Source of the DNA: Octopus vulgaris
Lineage: Eukaryota
DNA: 64,000 nt
Assembly: GCA_951406725.2 (NCBI GenBank)
Contig: OX597820.1
Location: 76,694,001 to 76,758,000, forward strand
Direction: 5' to 3'
Position 1 is the first letter of the stretch. Each line of letters starts with the position of its first letter. Below are positions 13,855 through 28,054 of this stretch, piece by piece. The notes beneath the pieces are model-generated. The model did not search any database. It was given only the letters and a program-made list of their open reading frames with translations, and was not told where the DNA came from. The position numbers were made by a program, and so were the translations under genes.

Positions 13855-16053
13855 CGGAATTCAAGGCTACTGGCTCAACTGGTTTCGGTTAAAACAGATG
13901 AGAATTGCGTTGCAATTAGACAATTGCCTACAGAGCGGTGCAATCCCGGTGTAGATGGCAGAGAGAAGAACAACATTGGTAATGATTGATCGGTCAAAGG
14001 GCCATAAGGATGGCAATTACCGACCAACTGCTTGCCTTAACCTCCTATGGAAAGTATTAACAGGTTCCTTCATAGGGAAAATATATACGTTACTTGCGGA
14101 AAACAATCTTCTTCCAGCAGAAAAAATGGGATGCTAAAAAGGATCCTAGGGCCCCAAGGACCACTTTGTGATAAACATAATGAAAATCTGGAAACGGTAA
14201 CAAAATCCTTATGCCTGGCTTGGACAGACTTCAAAAAGGATTATATGTTGCCGCATTCGTGGATTTTGGAAACACTCGACATGTGTGGAATAGATGAGAA
14301 CGTGTGTGCACTGATTAAGAGCACCATGTCTAGTTGGAAAACGCGTCTTTCATGTAACAACAAGCACTTAGCCGAGGTAACAATCAAAAGGATCCACTTT
14401 TTCTTCATGGATAATTTAAAACTGTTCGCAAAAACAGAGCCTGAAATGGAGAGGCAAGTTGAGACTGTGCAACTATGCAGTAAGTATATTGGGATGGAAT
14501 TTGATATCTCGAAGTGTACGGTGCTTACTTTTGAAGAGAGGGGAGAGAGTAAATTGTAGAGGCATAGAATTGCCAAACGGAGAGAGAATGTAAAATCCGG
14601 ATGATGTTGGGTACAAGTACCTTGGATCCTGCAGCTGGATAATATCTTACACAGAGAAATGAAAGACAAGGTCACCATTGCATATTTCAAGCGACGCAAA
14701 CTTCTCTTGAAATCAAAACTCAACTCAAAGAACCTTGTTACTGCCATCAACATATGGGCTGTTGCTGTAGTCTGCTATAATACACCCATCTTGAGATGGA
14801 CACAAGCGGAGATTGACCAACTCAATCGCACTACCCGAAAGACAATGACACTGCATAATGCCCTCCACCCTAAGGCAAATATACACAGGCTCTACATGAA
14901 GAGAGGTAAGGGTGGACGTGAGCTGATTTGTGTAAGCGAGTGCATCAAGAGTGAAAGAAGAAACATAGTAAAATTTATGGTAAACAGCAAAGAGACCTGC
15001 TACTGTGCAGTAGGAGTTAACAAAAATGGACTTGACAGTGCTCATGAATTCCGCACAAGATCATCCAATGAGAGAGAAGAAACCCTACTCCGTTTGGAAT
15101 TACATGCTTGTCAGTTGTTTGAACTTAACCAGTTGAGCATGTCTGATGGTAGCTGACGACATGTGCATCTCTGATCACGAGCAGAAGTAGTGAGGAAGCA
15201 TCATAGCCATGTGTAGAGAGGAATTATTTGAGATTTCCATAATTCACCTCTGGAAACACATGGTGAACTCCTATGGAATTATATGGTGAACACCTATGAA
15301 ATTACATGGTCAGCTCCGTCGTGAAACCAACAAATTAAAAGACCAGAAAGCATCATGGAGGTGGCTCAACGAGGGTGACCAAAAAAAGAATACTGAAAAC
15401 CTAATCATCGCGGCCCAGGATCAGGCATGGAATACCAACTCAGTAACAAATAATATATACCACACAAATGCATTAGACCTCTGCAGAATGAGTGGGAAGA
15501 GGGTCGAGGGTGTGACTCACATTGTTAACGCTTGTGAAAGTCTTGCGCAAAAAGAGTACAAGCGTAGGCACGACAAAGTAGCCCTAAAACTCCACTGGTG
15601 ACTATGCCGTAAGTATGGATATGAGGTTACTCGTGCTTAGTAACAACATACACCGGAAAATGTAATGGAGGAAAATGAGAGGCAAAAATCTTGATTTCCA
15701 GACATACAAGGTGTTAGAGCACCGAAGGCCGGATATAGTAACCTTTAGGAGGGATAAACAAGAGTGCCTAATAATAGACGTAGAAGTGCTAGGAGAACAA
15801 CATATCATCATAAAAGAAAGAGAAAAAGTTGATAAATATGGAGGCCCGAGAATTGATATCGCTAAGATGTGGCAGCTATGAGAGTGGAAATATAAAGTTA
15901 CCCCTATTATCATCGGAGCATTGGGTTCAATACCTCCCAATCTGAAAAAAGCATCTGAAAAAAGCATCTGAAAACCTTTGAAATACCCTACAATCTAGAT
16001 GTATTGCAATATCTTCATCAACCATCTCACGATATTGTATACTGTGCGAAGTC

Positions 16054-16091
<38 letters not shown>

Positions 16092-16100
16092 TGATGATCT
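13855..16100 (+). mobile_element. R4/Dong-type (RLE endonuclease) non-LTR retrotransposon, degenerate
   Basis: NYRPTACLNLLWK, WTDFKKDY..PHSWI, HFFFMDNLKLFAK, IAAQDQA, CRM..E..THIVNAC..LAQKEYKRRHD, RRPDIV..IIDV..K..KY, IIIGALG. Multiple stops and frameshifts; ends in (AAT)n; about 170-bp unrelated insert at 15105-15275. Confidence 0.9.
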
Positions 16101-16181
16101 AAATAATAATAATGATAATAATAATAATTATTATTATTGTTAATATTATGATAAGGATGATGATGTTGATGATGATGATGC

Positions 16182-16213
<32 letters not shown>

Positions 16214-16229
16214 GTGATGATGATTAATA

Positions 16230-16725
16230 AGGCGGCGTGCTGACAGAAACATTTCGTCTGCCGTTACGTTCTGAGTTCAAATTCCGCCGAAGTCGACTTT
16301 GCCTTTCATCCTTTCGGGGTCGATTAAATAAGTACCAGTTACGCACTGGGGTCAACATAATCGACTTAATCCGTTTGTCTGTCCTTGTTTTCCTCTCTGT
16401 GTTTATCTCCTTGAGAGTAATAAAGAAATAGGTATTTCGTCCGTCTTCAAAATCTGATTTCAAACTCCACTGAAGTCGACTTTCGGGATCGATAAATTAA
16501 GCAGAAGTGAAATACTGGGGTCGATATAATTGACCAGTCCCCTCCACCGAAATTCCACGCCTTGTGCCTTTAGTAGAAAGGCCAGGTTCGTTAGAATGCC
16601 AGGTGACATGTTTAGCAGTATTTCGTCTGCCGTTACTTTCGGGGTCGATTAAATACGTACCAGTTACGCGCTGGTGTAGATGTAATCGACTTAATCCCAT
16701 CCTCCAACCTGCGGCGGAAATTTGA
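16230..16725 (+). mobile_element. Cluster of 3 partial SINE family A copies
   Basis: Repeated GTCGACTTT..GGGTCGAT..AAGTACCAGTTACGC.CTGG blocks. Confidence 0.9.
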
Positions 16726-16729
16726 AATC

Positions 16730-17463
<734 letters not shown>

Positions 17464-18189
17464 GGAAGGAGAAATTAATATAATGTGACATGACACAGTA
17501 TTACTGCAACGTTGCTTCAGGGAATTTTACGATATTGATACACTTCTAATATTTGTTACATGGAAACTACTACAAAATGTCGTTGGATCTCTTCTGTTTA
17601 ATTCAATAACGCGAAGTTTGTTTCAAAAGCATATTAAACTTGCCATTTGGAGAGGATATACGCTTTATCTCACAAACATGTTTTACCCTACGGTAGATAT
17701 ATATTACATGTTTTAAGTAAATACCGAACAGAGAAAGCGTAACTTTTGTCATCTCAAAACTAAATTGAATCGTGGAAGATTTATTTGCAATAATTACCAA
17801 TTTCTCTCCCTCGTTCTTGTTTTATTTTATTCTTGCTTTTCTTTCTTTCTTTCTTTCTTTCTTTCTATTTATCTTTCTTTCTTTTCTCTTCCTATCAGTT
17901 CTCATTCCTCTTTTATTTCGCAGTCAGTATCTGTCATTTTCCATCAATGTCAATTTGTCGTTCGTTTTTCTTCTCTTCTGTTTCACTTCTCCTAATAACT
18001 TTGAGGTTCAATATAGAAACTTTTAGCATTTGAATCTAAATATGCCTTAATACAGTGAATCACGCATTAGCTATGTTTATGAAGAGTTACCCAAAAGAAC
18101 GTGATAATTTGTTATCTTTTTAGAGTAAACATATAAATCAAATGGTCCCTCATATGAATGAGAAATACGGGGCTTGTGGTTCATCTCCT

Positions 18190-18270
18190 GGTGGTTTCAG
18201 CCCTTGTTGCATTCGTAGTAATATTATTGGTAATCCTTTTAATTCTATAACCAGCATCCAACTTATTCCA
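18190..18270 (-). mobile_element. Helitron/Pif1-like helicase fragment
   Basis: LVIELKGLPIILLRMQQGL resembles the Helitron helicase motif L.LK.G.PI.LLRN...GL; flanks are decayed. Confidence 0.4.
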
Positions 18271-18774
18271 AGATGACAGCTATTTGATTGCTTCTAGATT
18301 TCCTTTGGGCAATACTGTAGTCAGAAATAATTAAAATACATTTCATTGTATACAAGTCTCCATTCCTGTTCTTCATATGTATATCTGCAATTTTCTCTTC
18401 AATTTTCTGGTCGAATTGTAAAGCATGTTTCATTTAGTTGTAGCAATTTTGCTTTCAGGTCCCGTGTTTTGTTACTCGTTCATAACACTCCTTTCTCGTT
18501 TCATTATTCCTATTACAGTAATCCTTCACCTTATCGCGGTTCACTTATCGCGCACACAGTATATGTAAATTTATATTGCGGATTCTTCAGTACATCGTGG
18601 ATTTCTGTGTATATTTTTTTAGATTTTAATTTTATTTTTCTGTGGGAGGCTTTGGAACGTAACACACGCGATAGTCGAGAAGGCGCCAAGAAAAATATCA
18701 CGCAAGATCAGTTCTTCATGATTCAATTCGGTTTTGAGATGACAATAGTTACATATTCTCTCATCATTTACTCT

Positions 18775-18975
18775 CGCTTGTTTGTGTGTCGGTGTTTGTA
18801 CCTCAACCATCGCGTGACAATCGATGTCGGTGTGTTTACGTCCCCGTAACCTAGCGATTCGGTAAAAGATTTGATAGAATAAGTACTAGGCTTACAAAGA
18901 GTAAGTCCTTGGGTCCATTTGTTCGGCTAAAGGCGGTGCTCCAGCATGGCCGCAGTCAAATGACTGAAAAAAAGA
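18775..18975 (+). mobile_element. SINE family B 3' part
   Basis: GGTGTGTTTACGTCCCCGTAAC..AAGTACTAGGCTTACAAAG..GGCGGTGCTCCAGCATGGCCGCAGTC. Confidence 0.85.
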
Positions 18976-20029
18976 ATATATAATATAAGAAAAGACCTAT
19001 TTATCGAACAACAAAATGAATCTTCTGAACCGACAAACTTATTTACTCATTCAACGTCTGTGTAGTAGTAGTAGTAAACAGTCTCATACACACACTCTGA
19101 TAAACACAGACACACTCACATAGATACACACAAACACAGACGCGCGCACACAAACATACAGATATACACACACACGCGTGCACACGTGTGTGTGTGTGTA
19201 TCTGCATCTGTGTCTGTCTGTGTGAGCGCGAGCCTGTATAAATGGTCCTAATGCATATGTATGTTTGTATTTGCTTTTTTTATTAATTAAACGGATTGAA
19301 ACCGCTGCACTGAAATAAGATATTTCCCCTCGAAACTAAAAAATTTGCTATTCGATTAAAAGTAATCGATAAAAAACGTACTAGTCTAAAGTTGTTCGAA
19401 TGATCGATGTGATTGGCTGAATCTCTTAAAGGATGCTTAACAGCATTGCTACACTCTCATGACAGAAAGGAAATCTGAAAATAATAAATAATTACGAAAA
19501 CCAGTAAAAAATAAATAAAAATTAGTTTCTATTCTTTAAATTGTTAATCTAATAATCTATATATGACCTCGGAGTGTGATTACTTCATTAAAATATTATT
19601 TGTTTTAATGATGGTCATTTATTATATGAAACACGAGAATATTTTTCAATATTAATGCCAAGAATTATTAAATACATTCAATGTTTAATTTCTAAATAAA
19701 TAATAAAATTTAAAACGCAAACGGAATATTTTTAGAAGCACAGAATGAAGCTATAAATCGGCGTAGCTAGTCGTCGAATATTCTACAAAGATAGTATTTG
19801 GAATTGAAAATGTGGCTTTGTATTATCATTATTGATGTTTATTACAGATTTAAACACCTTAACCGGAAGAGTCAAACAATTTAATATTCAAAACACTGCT
19901 GATGGATTCTAACTTTAAATTTTTACTGATAGTTCATATTAGTATTTGGTTTGCAAGATACTTGATGTGAATTTTTTGTGTTGAGAGAAATCTAGTTGCG
20001 GATTAGGAAGGTAACTGCGTAAGCCGTAA

Positions 20030-20242
20030 TCCTTTCTACTATAGGCACAAGGCCTGCAATTTGGGGGAGGCGGGATAATCGATTACATCGACCGCAGTAC
20101 TCAACTGGTACTTATTTACTCGACCCTGAAAGGATGAAAGGCAAAGATGACCTCGGTGGAATTTGAAGTCAGAATGTATGGTCGGACGAAATGTAGCAAA
20201 GCATTTCAACCGGCGCGCTAACGATTCTGCCAGCTCACAGCC
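20030..20242 (-). mobile_element. SINE family A
   Basis: Full head-to-tail match to other copies. Confidence 0.9.
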
Positions 20243-21057
20243 TAATTGTGCCAGTAATAATAACACACGTGCTGGTCCAATGTCACGTCTTTATTGTTAG
20301 TCAGAGCAGACCTTGAAGAGAAGAGCCATTGAAATGGTCGCAGATAGTGACGAAAGGACTTTGGCTAACAAAGAACCGATTGATTGTTTAATAGAACATT
20401 AAAAAAAAAAAAACAATTAGTTAGTTGGTTAGATATTCAATCAAGTGACTAACAATAAAGAAGTGATATCGTACCAGTGCGTGTGTTATTATAATTTGTA
20501 TAATGACCTGCGCAAGAAATAGTAAGTTTTAATGATTGTTTGAATTAAAATATGAAAAGCAGCACATAGGGGTAAAGCACACAGCACCACCCGGATGTCG
20601 TTTACTTTATTAACATGAGTTGACTTTTGAAAACAAAATACAGAATTGATGGCATGAGACAATTTGGACTTCAGACTCGATATTCATCTTGTTTTGGTTA
20701 GAACACATTTTAGCCATGGAGGTACATATATGCGCGTGGGGAAACGCAGACGTATGCAGAAATATATACGTACATCTAGACAGTAAGGAAGGGAGAGAGC
20801 GAGAGAATGGGAGAGAGAGAAAGAAACTGACAGACAGACAGTCAGAGAGACAGAGCGAGAAAAAGAGAGGGGCGGACAGATAGACAGACATATAGAAGCA
20901 GAAAGATATTTAAAATGTTTGATATCAAATAAGTCATCATTGAAACAGCGATGGCAAGTAGATAGAAACGGCCGTGAAAATAACTCATAGTCTAGAATAT
21001 GTTAGCGTGCATTGTATATATAAAAGTTTTACATGGTTGATACTGTAGTGACAATTA

Positions 21058-21137
21058 TTTTGTCATTAGACTGCGGCCATGCCAAGAGCGGTTGTCAAGC
21101 CGTGATGGGTACAAACGCAGACAGAAGCACACAAGAC

Positions 21138-21193
<56 letters not shown>

Positions 21194-21545
21194 GAAAGCA
21201 CACACACACACACACTCACAAAAGCACACACACACACACACACACGAAAGCACACACACACACTCACACACGAAAGCACACACACACACGAAAGCACACA
21301 CACACACACACACACAATACAACACACACACCCATCACAACATAACAGACACGCATATACATTCATTCACACATACACATATGCGACGGGCTTCTTTCAG
21401 TTTCCCTCCAAGAAATCTACTCACTAGTCTTTAGTCGACTTCAGGCAATAGTAGCAGTCATTTGCCCAATATGCGATGCAGTGAGACTGAACCCGGAACC
21501 ATGTGGTTGGGAACCAAATCTGTTACCACAGAGGCACGTCAGAGC
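21058..21545 (-). mobile_element. SINE family B with expanded internal (CA)n/CACGAAAG repeat
   Basis: Tail GACTGCGGCCATGC at about 21070; head GACTGAACCCGGAACCATGTGGTTGG at about 21486-21510. Confidence 0.8.
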
Positions 21546-22168
21546 CTATGACATTAGAACCTCCATAATGATCATGATGGTGAGTCCGGTATCACCTCAT
21601 CAATTGGTTATGGCAACATTGATCGTGGATCAGCATCGATAAAAAAAAATCTACTACCTCAGCCGGCAGACTCAGCTCAACCGAACACACACGTTATTTC
21701 CATTCAAATCATCAATAACGTGTCTGTTGAAAAAGTACCGTACTAATAACCTACTGCGTTTATTCCTCCAGAGATTAGCCATCACTGAGATTTCTCAGAC
21801 TGACCAAACGTTAACCGAAGGACCCCCTTAAACAAGAATATTGCATGCCACAGCTGCACCTGTCATATGCCACCTGTGCGTATAGGTAATCCAAGGAAGA
21901 TGCAATATTTATTTAATAAAGTATTTCCGGTGCATTGGAGAAAAATAAGCAAGCCTAGAAACGAAATGACGAATTGATATTTCCCAAACATTATTGCATC
22001 AGGTGAAGTGGACATCGCTTCAATGAAGTATTGCAAATCCATTTCAGTATACCTGTCTATAAGACCGCTCACTGTTCGGGGATTAGGAGAATAATAGGAA
22101 ATATTCCAACAGTAATTTCTTTTCTAATTTGAATACACACACACATACACATACACACGCACACACAT

Positions 22169-22254
<86 letters not shown>

Positions 22255-22498
22255 GCATGTAAACATTTAGATTAAGTTGAGGCACCATAATTTAGTGCGC
22301 TATTATCCATGCAATTTCAAAGTTAGGTGATTCAAATCAAAATAAGCAACAAGGATATCCAGTGGTAATGCAGTACGAACGTTTCAATGCAATCATTACA
22401 TCACTTTAAATTGTAGCACAATCTTCGGTTGCACAAAGACATAGAATTTAATTAAGTTAGAACAAATGGACAATTTACTATATATGCATGTACGTATT

Positions 22499-22530
<32 letters not shown>

Positions 22531-22769
22531 TAAGGGTAGAAATTGATATTTATCAATTAAGACCAGTGGTCTAGCATATTAAAAAAAAATCCGAAGATTA
22601 AAATATTTATATATACCAATTAAGGACTGAACACGAACAGTGGACAGTCAACATGCTAGATATAGACGTCAAATCGCCTTTCACCACAAAAAGATTATGT
22701 TCTCAGATCAAACTCAACACAAAACCATAGCAATAAACAAGTGAAAAATATACGAAATAAAATAATTAC

Positions 22770-22834
22770 CCATGTACTAACTTAGTTTCAGCTGTTATTT
22801 TCCGCAAGGAAAACTGCAGCCATCATCAGCATGG
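22770..22834 (-). ncRNA. Type I hammerhead ribozyme, inverted copy
   Basis: Reverse complement of 23233-23297 (65 nt; no differences seen by eye). Confidence 0.88.
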
Positions 22835-23232
22835 TCCGTTATAAATGTAATTTGCTGGACTAGATGCAAACATGGTGAAAGGCGATTTGACGTCTATATC
22901 TAGCATGTTGACTGTCCACTTTTCGTGTTCAGTCCTTAATTGGTATATATAAATATTTTAATCTTCGGATTCTTTTTTAATATGCTAGACCACTGGTCTT
23001 AATTGATAAATATCAATTTCTACCCTTAATTAATTTTATATAAATAAATATGTTCTCTAACCGATAAATTAACAGCTGCTAATTATTAGCTGCAGGCTAG
23101 TTTTCTCGGGTTTCAACGCGCCAAAGTAAAGGCATTTGAAAGATATATTCAAATGTAATAGGCTGAACTCCATGCACGCGATATTTCGGTATCGTGTTTG
23201 CATCTAGTCCAGCAAATTACATTTATAACGGA

Positions 23233-23297
23233 CCATGCTGATGATGGCTGCAGTTTTCCTTGCGGAAAATAACAGCTGAAACTAAGTTAGTACATGG
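23233..23297 (+). ncRNA. Type I hammerhead ribozyme, apparently intact
   Basis: CCATG-CTGATGA-T-GGCTG..(TTTTCC ttgc GGAAAA)..CAGCT-GAAA-CTAAGTTAG-TA-CATGG. Stem I is CCATG/CATGG, the core is complete, stem II is GGCTG/CAGCT with an extension hairpin, stem III is ACTA/TAGT. Predicted cleavage after GUA at 23292. Confidence 0.88.
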
Positions 23298-23449
23298 GTA
23301 ATTATTTTATTTCGTATATTTTTCACTTGTTTATTGCTATGGTTTTGTGTTGAGTTTGATCTGAGAACATAATCTTTTTGTGGTGAAAGGCGATTTGACG
23401 TCTATATCTAGCATGTTGACTGTCCACTTTTCGTGTTCAGTCCTTAATT

Positions 23450-23566
<117 letters not shown>

Positions 23567-24049
23567 GTGTGTGTATCTATTTATATGTATGTGTTTGTAT
23601 ATTTTATATAGATATACCGCAGTAAAATTACTAGCAAGTAAAAGAATAAAAGAATATATGTATATATATATAAATAAATAAATATATATATATATATATC
23701 TTCATTTCGGTTGCTTCCATATTTTTGAGAAGCCATTTTTACTTCTGGTATCCATGTTTTTTTAAAGTACAGGCGACATTTGGTGAAACACAGAAGAAGG
23801 GCTTGTATTTAAAGAGAAGCAAAATGAGTGTTTCAATTAAGGCTGCCAAGAACTGCTACAAATTCTCTCGGTTCTCTGTCTCTCTGTCTGTCTGATTCTG
23901 ACTCTTTTCTCTCTCTCTGTCTGTCAGTCTGTTTCTCTCTCTAACTCTCAGCGTACGCAATTATACACACAAACACTTTATGTGCGTGGGTTTATCTGTA
24001 TATATTTCTGTATTTGTAGGGAGATATATATCTGTATATGCACACATTC

Positions 24050-24098
<49 letters not shown>

Positions 24099-24391
24099 CA
24101 AAGATTTATGTGTAGATATGCTGCAGTTATATAATATCTATCTACACACACAAACACGCACACACTCACACACACGCACACACTCACATACACGCACACA
24201 CAGACACACACACAGACACAGGAACTTAGAATTCAATAAGTATAGGATAAATCAATGAATCTTATTTTACATATCAAATAAGTATGTGTCTGTGTTTCTG
24301 TATGCGTTCATCTATGCGTTTCTTCATTCTGTATACGTCCATATATATATATATATATATATATATACGTATATGGACGTATACATGAAGA

Positions 24392-24489
<98 letters not shown>

Positions 24490-24844
24490 CGTGCGTGTGT
24501 GTGTGTGTGTGTTTATGTGTGTCTTATACAGTTCTATGAAAGTAATATCAACACAAATGTATTTCATTTCATGAGAGAAGAATAATATTTAACAAGCATT
24601 CTATATATTTTTAAGAGCTACTAATACTTCCACGCGATGAAAACGAATCAGACAGCATGTTATAACATTTCTAGAACCTTCACGCATTATTCATTAATTA
24701 GTAGCTCATAAAAAGTCGTAGAATCGGCTCTGAGGATTGTATAAATGCACCAGGCGTGTTATAAATCATGCCTGAAGTGTTTTTATCACATGAAATCCTT
24801 ATTAACTGTTGATAATAATATATACTGATATATATATATATATA

Positions 24845-26356
24845 AACTTAGATAAACTTAGATATGTTTCGACTAAAGATTGGTCCAGGCCATGTCTAAC
24901 TTAATAGCACCACCTGATAGGATTATTCGAATCCTGTTTCAGTCAAGTTTTGTTTATGGTCCATTCAAGTAGTGAGTTCTTGTTGGGTGAGTTGTATCCA
25001 ATTATGGGTGGCTTATCTGGTATTCTTTGAAGGAATCTATCCAGACTCCGTTTAAAGTTGATGGGATCATTTTCCTCTTTGATCTCCCTCGGGACAATGT
25101 TAAATTGTGCAGGGCCTGATGATGAAAAGAAATTATGCTGCAGTGTACATGTATGCTGTGATCTTGAATTGGGCAGGGGACGTATGGCCCGTGGTCCCAG
25201 TCTTGGATGAACCTTGAAGCTAATGTTAAGGTCGTTTGGGCAAAGTTGGCGGTATATCCTCCACATCGTACAAATGATGTACCGCTCACGGCGACGCTGG
25301 AGAGAGTAAAGTTTCAAGGCTTTAAGGTAATCCCAATAATCGAGAGCAGCCATGCCTTCAATTCGTTTAGTGAGTACCCTCTGGGGTGACTCAACCCTGG
25401 AGATGTTTTGTCTTGTATGGGGAGACCACAGTGGGCAGCAATATTCAAGGTGTGGTCGTACAAGGGAGGAGAAAAGTGGTATGATGACACCTTGTTCTCT
25501 GGACCGGAAAGTTCTTAAGATCCAGGAACTCATCCTAAGAGCTATATCGACCTTCTTGTTGATGTGTGCACTCCAACTGAGATTGTCATCAACAATTACA
25601 CCCAGGTCTCTGATATTGTTAGAGGCTGTGAGCGGTTCCCCTGAAGGAAGAGAGTATGGCTGTTTTAGTGAGGAATTTCTTCCAAAATGCATCAGCTCAA
25701 ATTTTCCCTCATTCAGTTGCATTTTATTTCTGTCTGTCCATTGACTCACAGCATATAGATCAGACTGGAGTTGAGTTCGGTCTGCTTTTTCATTGACGAT
25801 TTGCTGGAGCTTAGTGTCATCAGCAAATATTTTCACTTTGCAGTAATGTACGGCACTGGAAAGGTCGTTTATGTAAATTATGAAGAGTAGCGGACCCAAG
25901 ACAATCCCCTGGAGAACACCGCTGGTGACTTTTGGTGGGCCTGAGTGGACTCCATCAACTACAACATGTTGTGTTCTATTCGCCAGGAAATACTTAATCC
26001 AGTGTAGAACTTTTCCACGGATTCCAACATTTGCCAATTTTGAGAGTAGGATATTATGGTCTACCCTGTCGAACGCTTTACTGAAGTCAAGATATATGAC
26101 GTCAGAGTTCGAACCTGTTTCCAAGGCTTTGAGTACATCTTCAATGTGGTGTAAGAACTGTGTTAGACAGTCCCTGCCACAGGGAAAGCCATGCTGATTT
26201 GCATTTAGGAGTTTGTGGGTCTCCAGGAAGTCAGCTATCCTTGATCTTAACACTCTTTCAAACACTTTAATGATGTGGGAGGTGAGTGAGATTGGGCGAT
26301 AGTTGACTGCGAGGGATCTGTTTCCCTGTTTGAAAACCGGGATGACCGACTGGGAT
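24845..26356 (-). mobile_element. 5'-truncated CR1-group LINE with uninterrupted reverse transcriptase frame
   Basis: ORF 24943-26265 extends upstream as QSVIPVFKQGNRSLAVNYRPISLTS. RT motifs YLDFSKAFD, SGVLQGIVLGPLLF, YINDL, FADDTK, RDLGV, RPHLEY. 3'UTR ends in (TCTAAGTTTA)-type repeats next to (TA)n. Confidence 0.95.
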
Positions 26357-27204
26357 AGAAATTGTTTCGGTATATAACCTGCATCTAACGAATTTCACCA
26401 GAGGTTGGTCAGAGGGACTGCATGCCTTTTGGTTTCTATATGCGTAAATAAATATATATATATAGTTATAACCTCTCGGTTTTGTATATATACAAAACAT
26501 ATTAATATATCCATATATATATTCGTACTTTATACACACTATATATATACACATGTGTATATCCGTATATATATATTTAAAACTTATGCATATACATACA
26601 TGTGCGTACATAGAATTTTGCTCTCATGCTGACACATGTCAAAGCAGTAACGTATTATCTTCAACAGTCCTCTTGTCGCTAGAAAATGAGTCTTTTTACT
26701 TCATGTCAGTTTTTAATAACGTTCGATCTTTAAGATGTTTTCTTTTGATATGATGTTGACATCTGATATCGGAGTAGCAAATCCAGTAGCAAATAGAGAA
26801 ATACACTGGCTATGGAATACTTATATCCACAGTGTTTTTCTTTTCCTTTGTGTGCATGTGTGTCTATGGCAAACTAGTTTTTCTTAAAATGAGGAAATAT
26901 TGCTCTGAGTGTCATTATTCGATAATGACAGAAATTTATATTCTACGTTACACGTAGTGTTTTCACTCAAGTAATACAAAATCGATTTCTAACTTGTCAA
27001 ACTCGAAATTTTATATATCCTAGAATCTATACGCTTGTTTAATCATATCATAGAATTAGCCTGAAACATAAAGGCCAATGGGTACCTGGATAAGTTAGTT
27101 GATACCGGCATAATAAAGACAATAAGCATCGGATAAAAATGAATGCAATGATTACGAAATGCCATGCGGTTCATCTCATCATATTACGTTAATAAAGTTC
27201 CAAA

Positions 27205-27408
27205 ATTTTTGCAGAGGGCCAGCAAATTCGGTGGACGGAAGTAAGTCTATTACATTGATACCAGTGCTCAACGGTTATTTATTGTATCGATCTCACAAGG
27301 GAAAGGCAAAGTCAATGTCTGCAGAACTTGAATTCAGAACAGAATGAAAGACAAAATGCCGCTAAGCGTTTTGTTCGGCGTGCTAACAATTCTGCCAGAT
27401 CGCCGCCT
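27205..27408 (-). mobile_element. SINE family A (diverged)
   Basis: GGCGGCGATCTGGCAGAATTGTTAGCACGCCG head on the minus strand. Confidence 0.8.
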
Positions 27409-28045
27409 TCCATATTCCTTTGATATAAAATCTAATACAGTCAAGGTGTTACTCAGCTAAGTAAATAGGTATTTCCAGTATCTCCAAAAGTCATTATAAA
27501 GTAAATTATTCAGCAGACACATCTTGATTTAAATTCTACTTGCATGAGAACATGAAAAACTTCATATCATTCATATAGAGAATGAGCAATAAAGAAAAGT
27601 TTTATTGAAGTAACACCTACGCATTTCTACTATAGACAGAAGGCCTGAAATATGGAGCAGCTGCAAGTCGATTACATCGACTTCAGTACAAAACTGACAC
27701 TTATTTTACCGACACCGAAAGCATGAAAATCAAGGTCAATCCCGGCGAATATTGAATTCACAAAGTAAAGACGGAGAAAATTCTGCTAATAATTTTGCCC
27801 GGCTTACTAACGATTCTGTCCGCTCACCGCTTTCTATATTCCCTTAATATAAAATCTAATACAGTCAAGGTGTTACTCAGCTAAGTAAATAGGTATTTCC
27901 AGTATCTCCAAAAGTCATTATACAGTAAATTATTCAGCAGACACATCTTGATTTAAATTCTACTTGCATGAGAACATGAAAAACTTCATATCATTCATAT
28001 AGAGAATGAGCAATATAGAAAAGTTTTAATGAAGTAACACCCACG
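27409..28045. repeat. Direct duplication of 213 bp (27409-27621 and 27833-28045)
   Basis: The two copies differ at only a handful of positions. Confidence 0.95.
27622..27832 (-). mobile_element. SINE family A (diverged)
   Basis: Head and tail match; lies between two copies of a 213-bp duplication. Confidence 0.8.
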
Positions 28046-28054
28046 AATACACAC

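Noticed and set aside
21863-22072. Minus ORF ending LGLPIRTGGI, reminiscent of SLC6 TM9
   Set aside because: Spacing to a TM8 DSQF-like motif does not fit, a stop follows immediately and there are no convincing splice sites.
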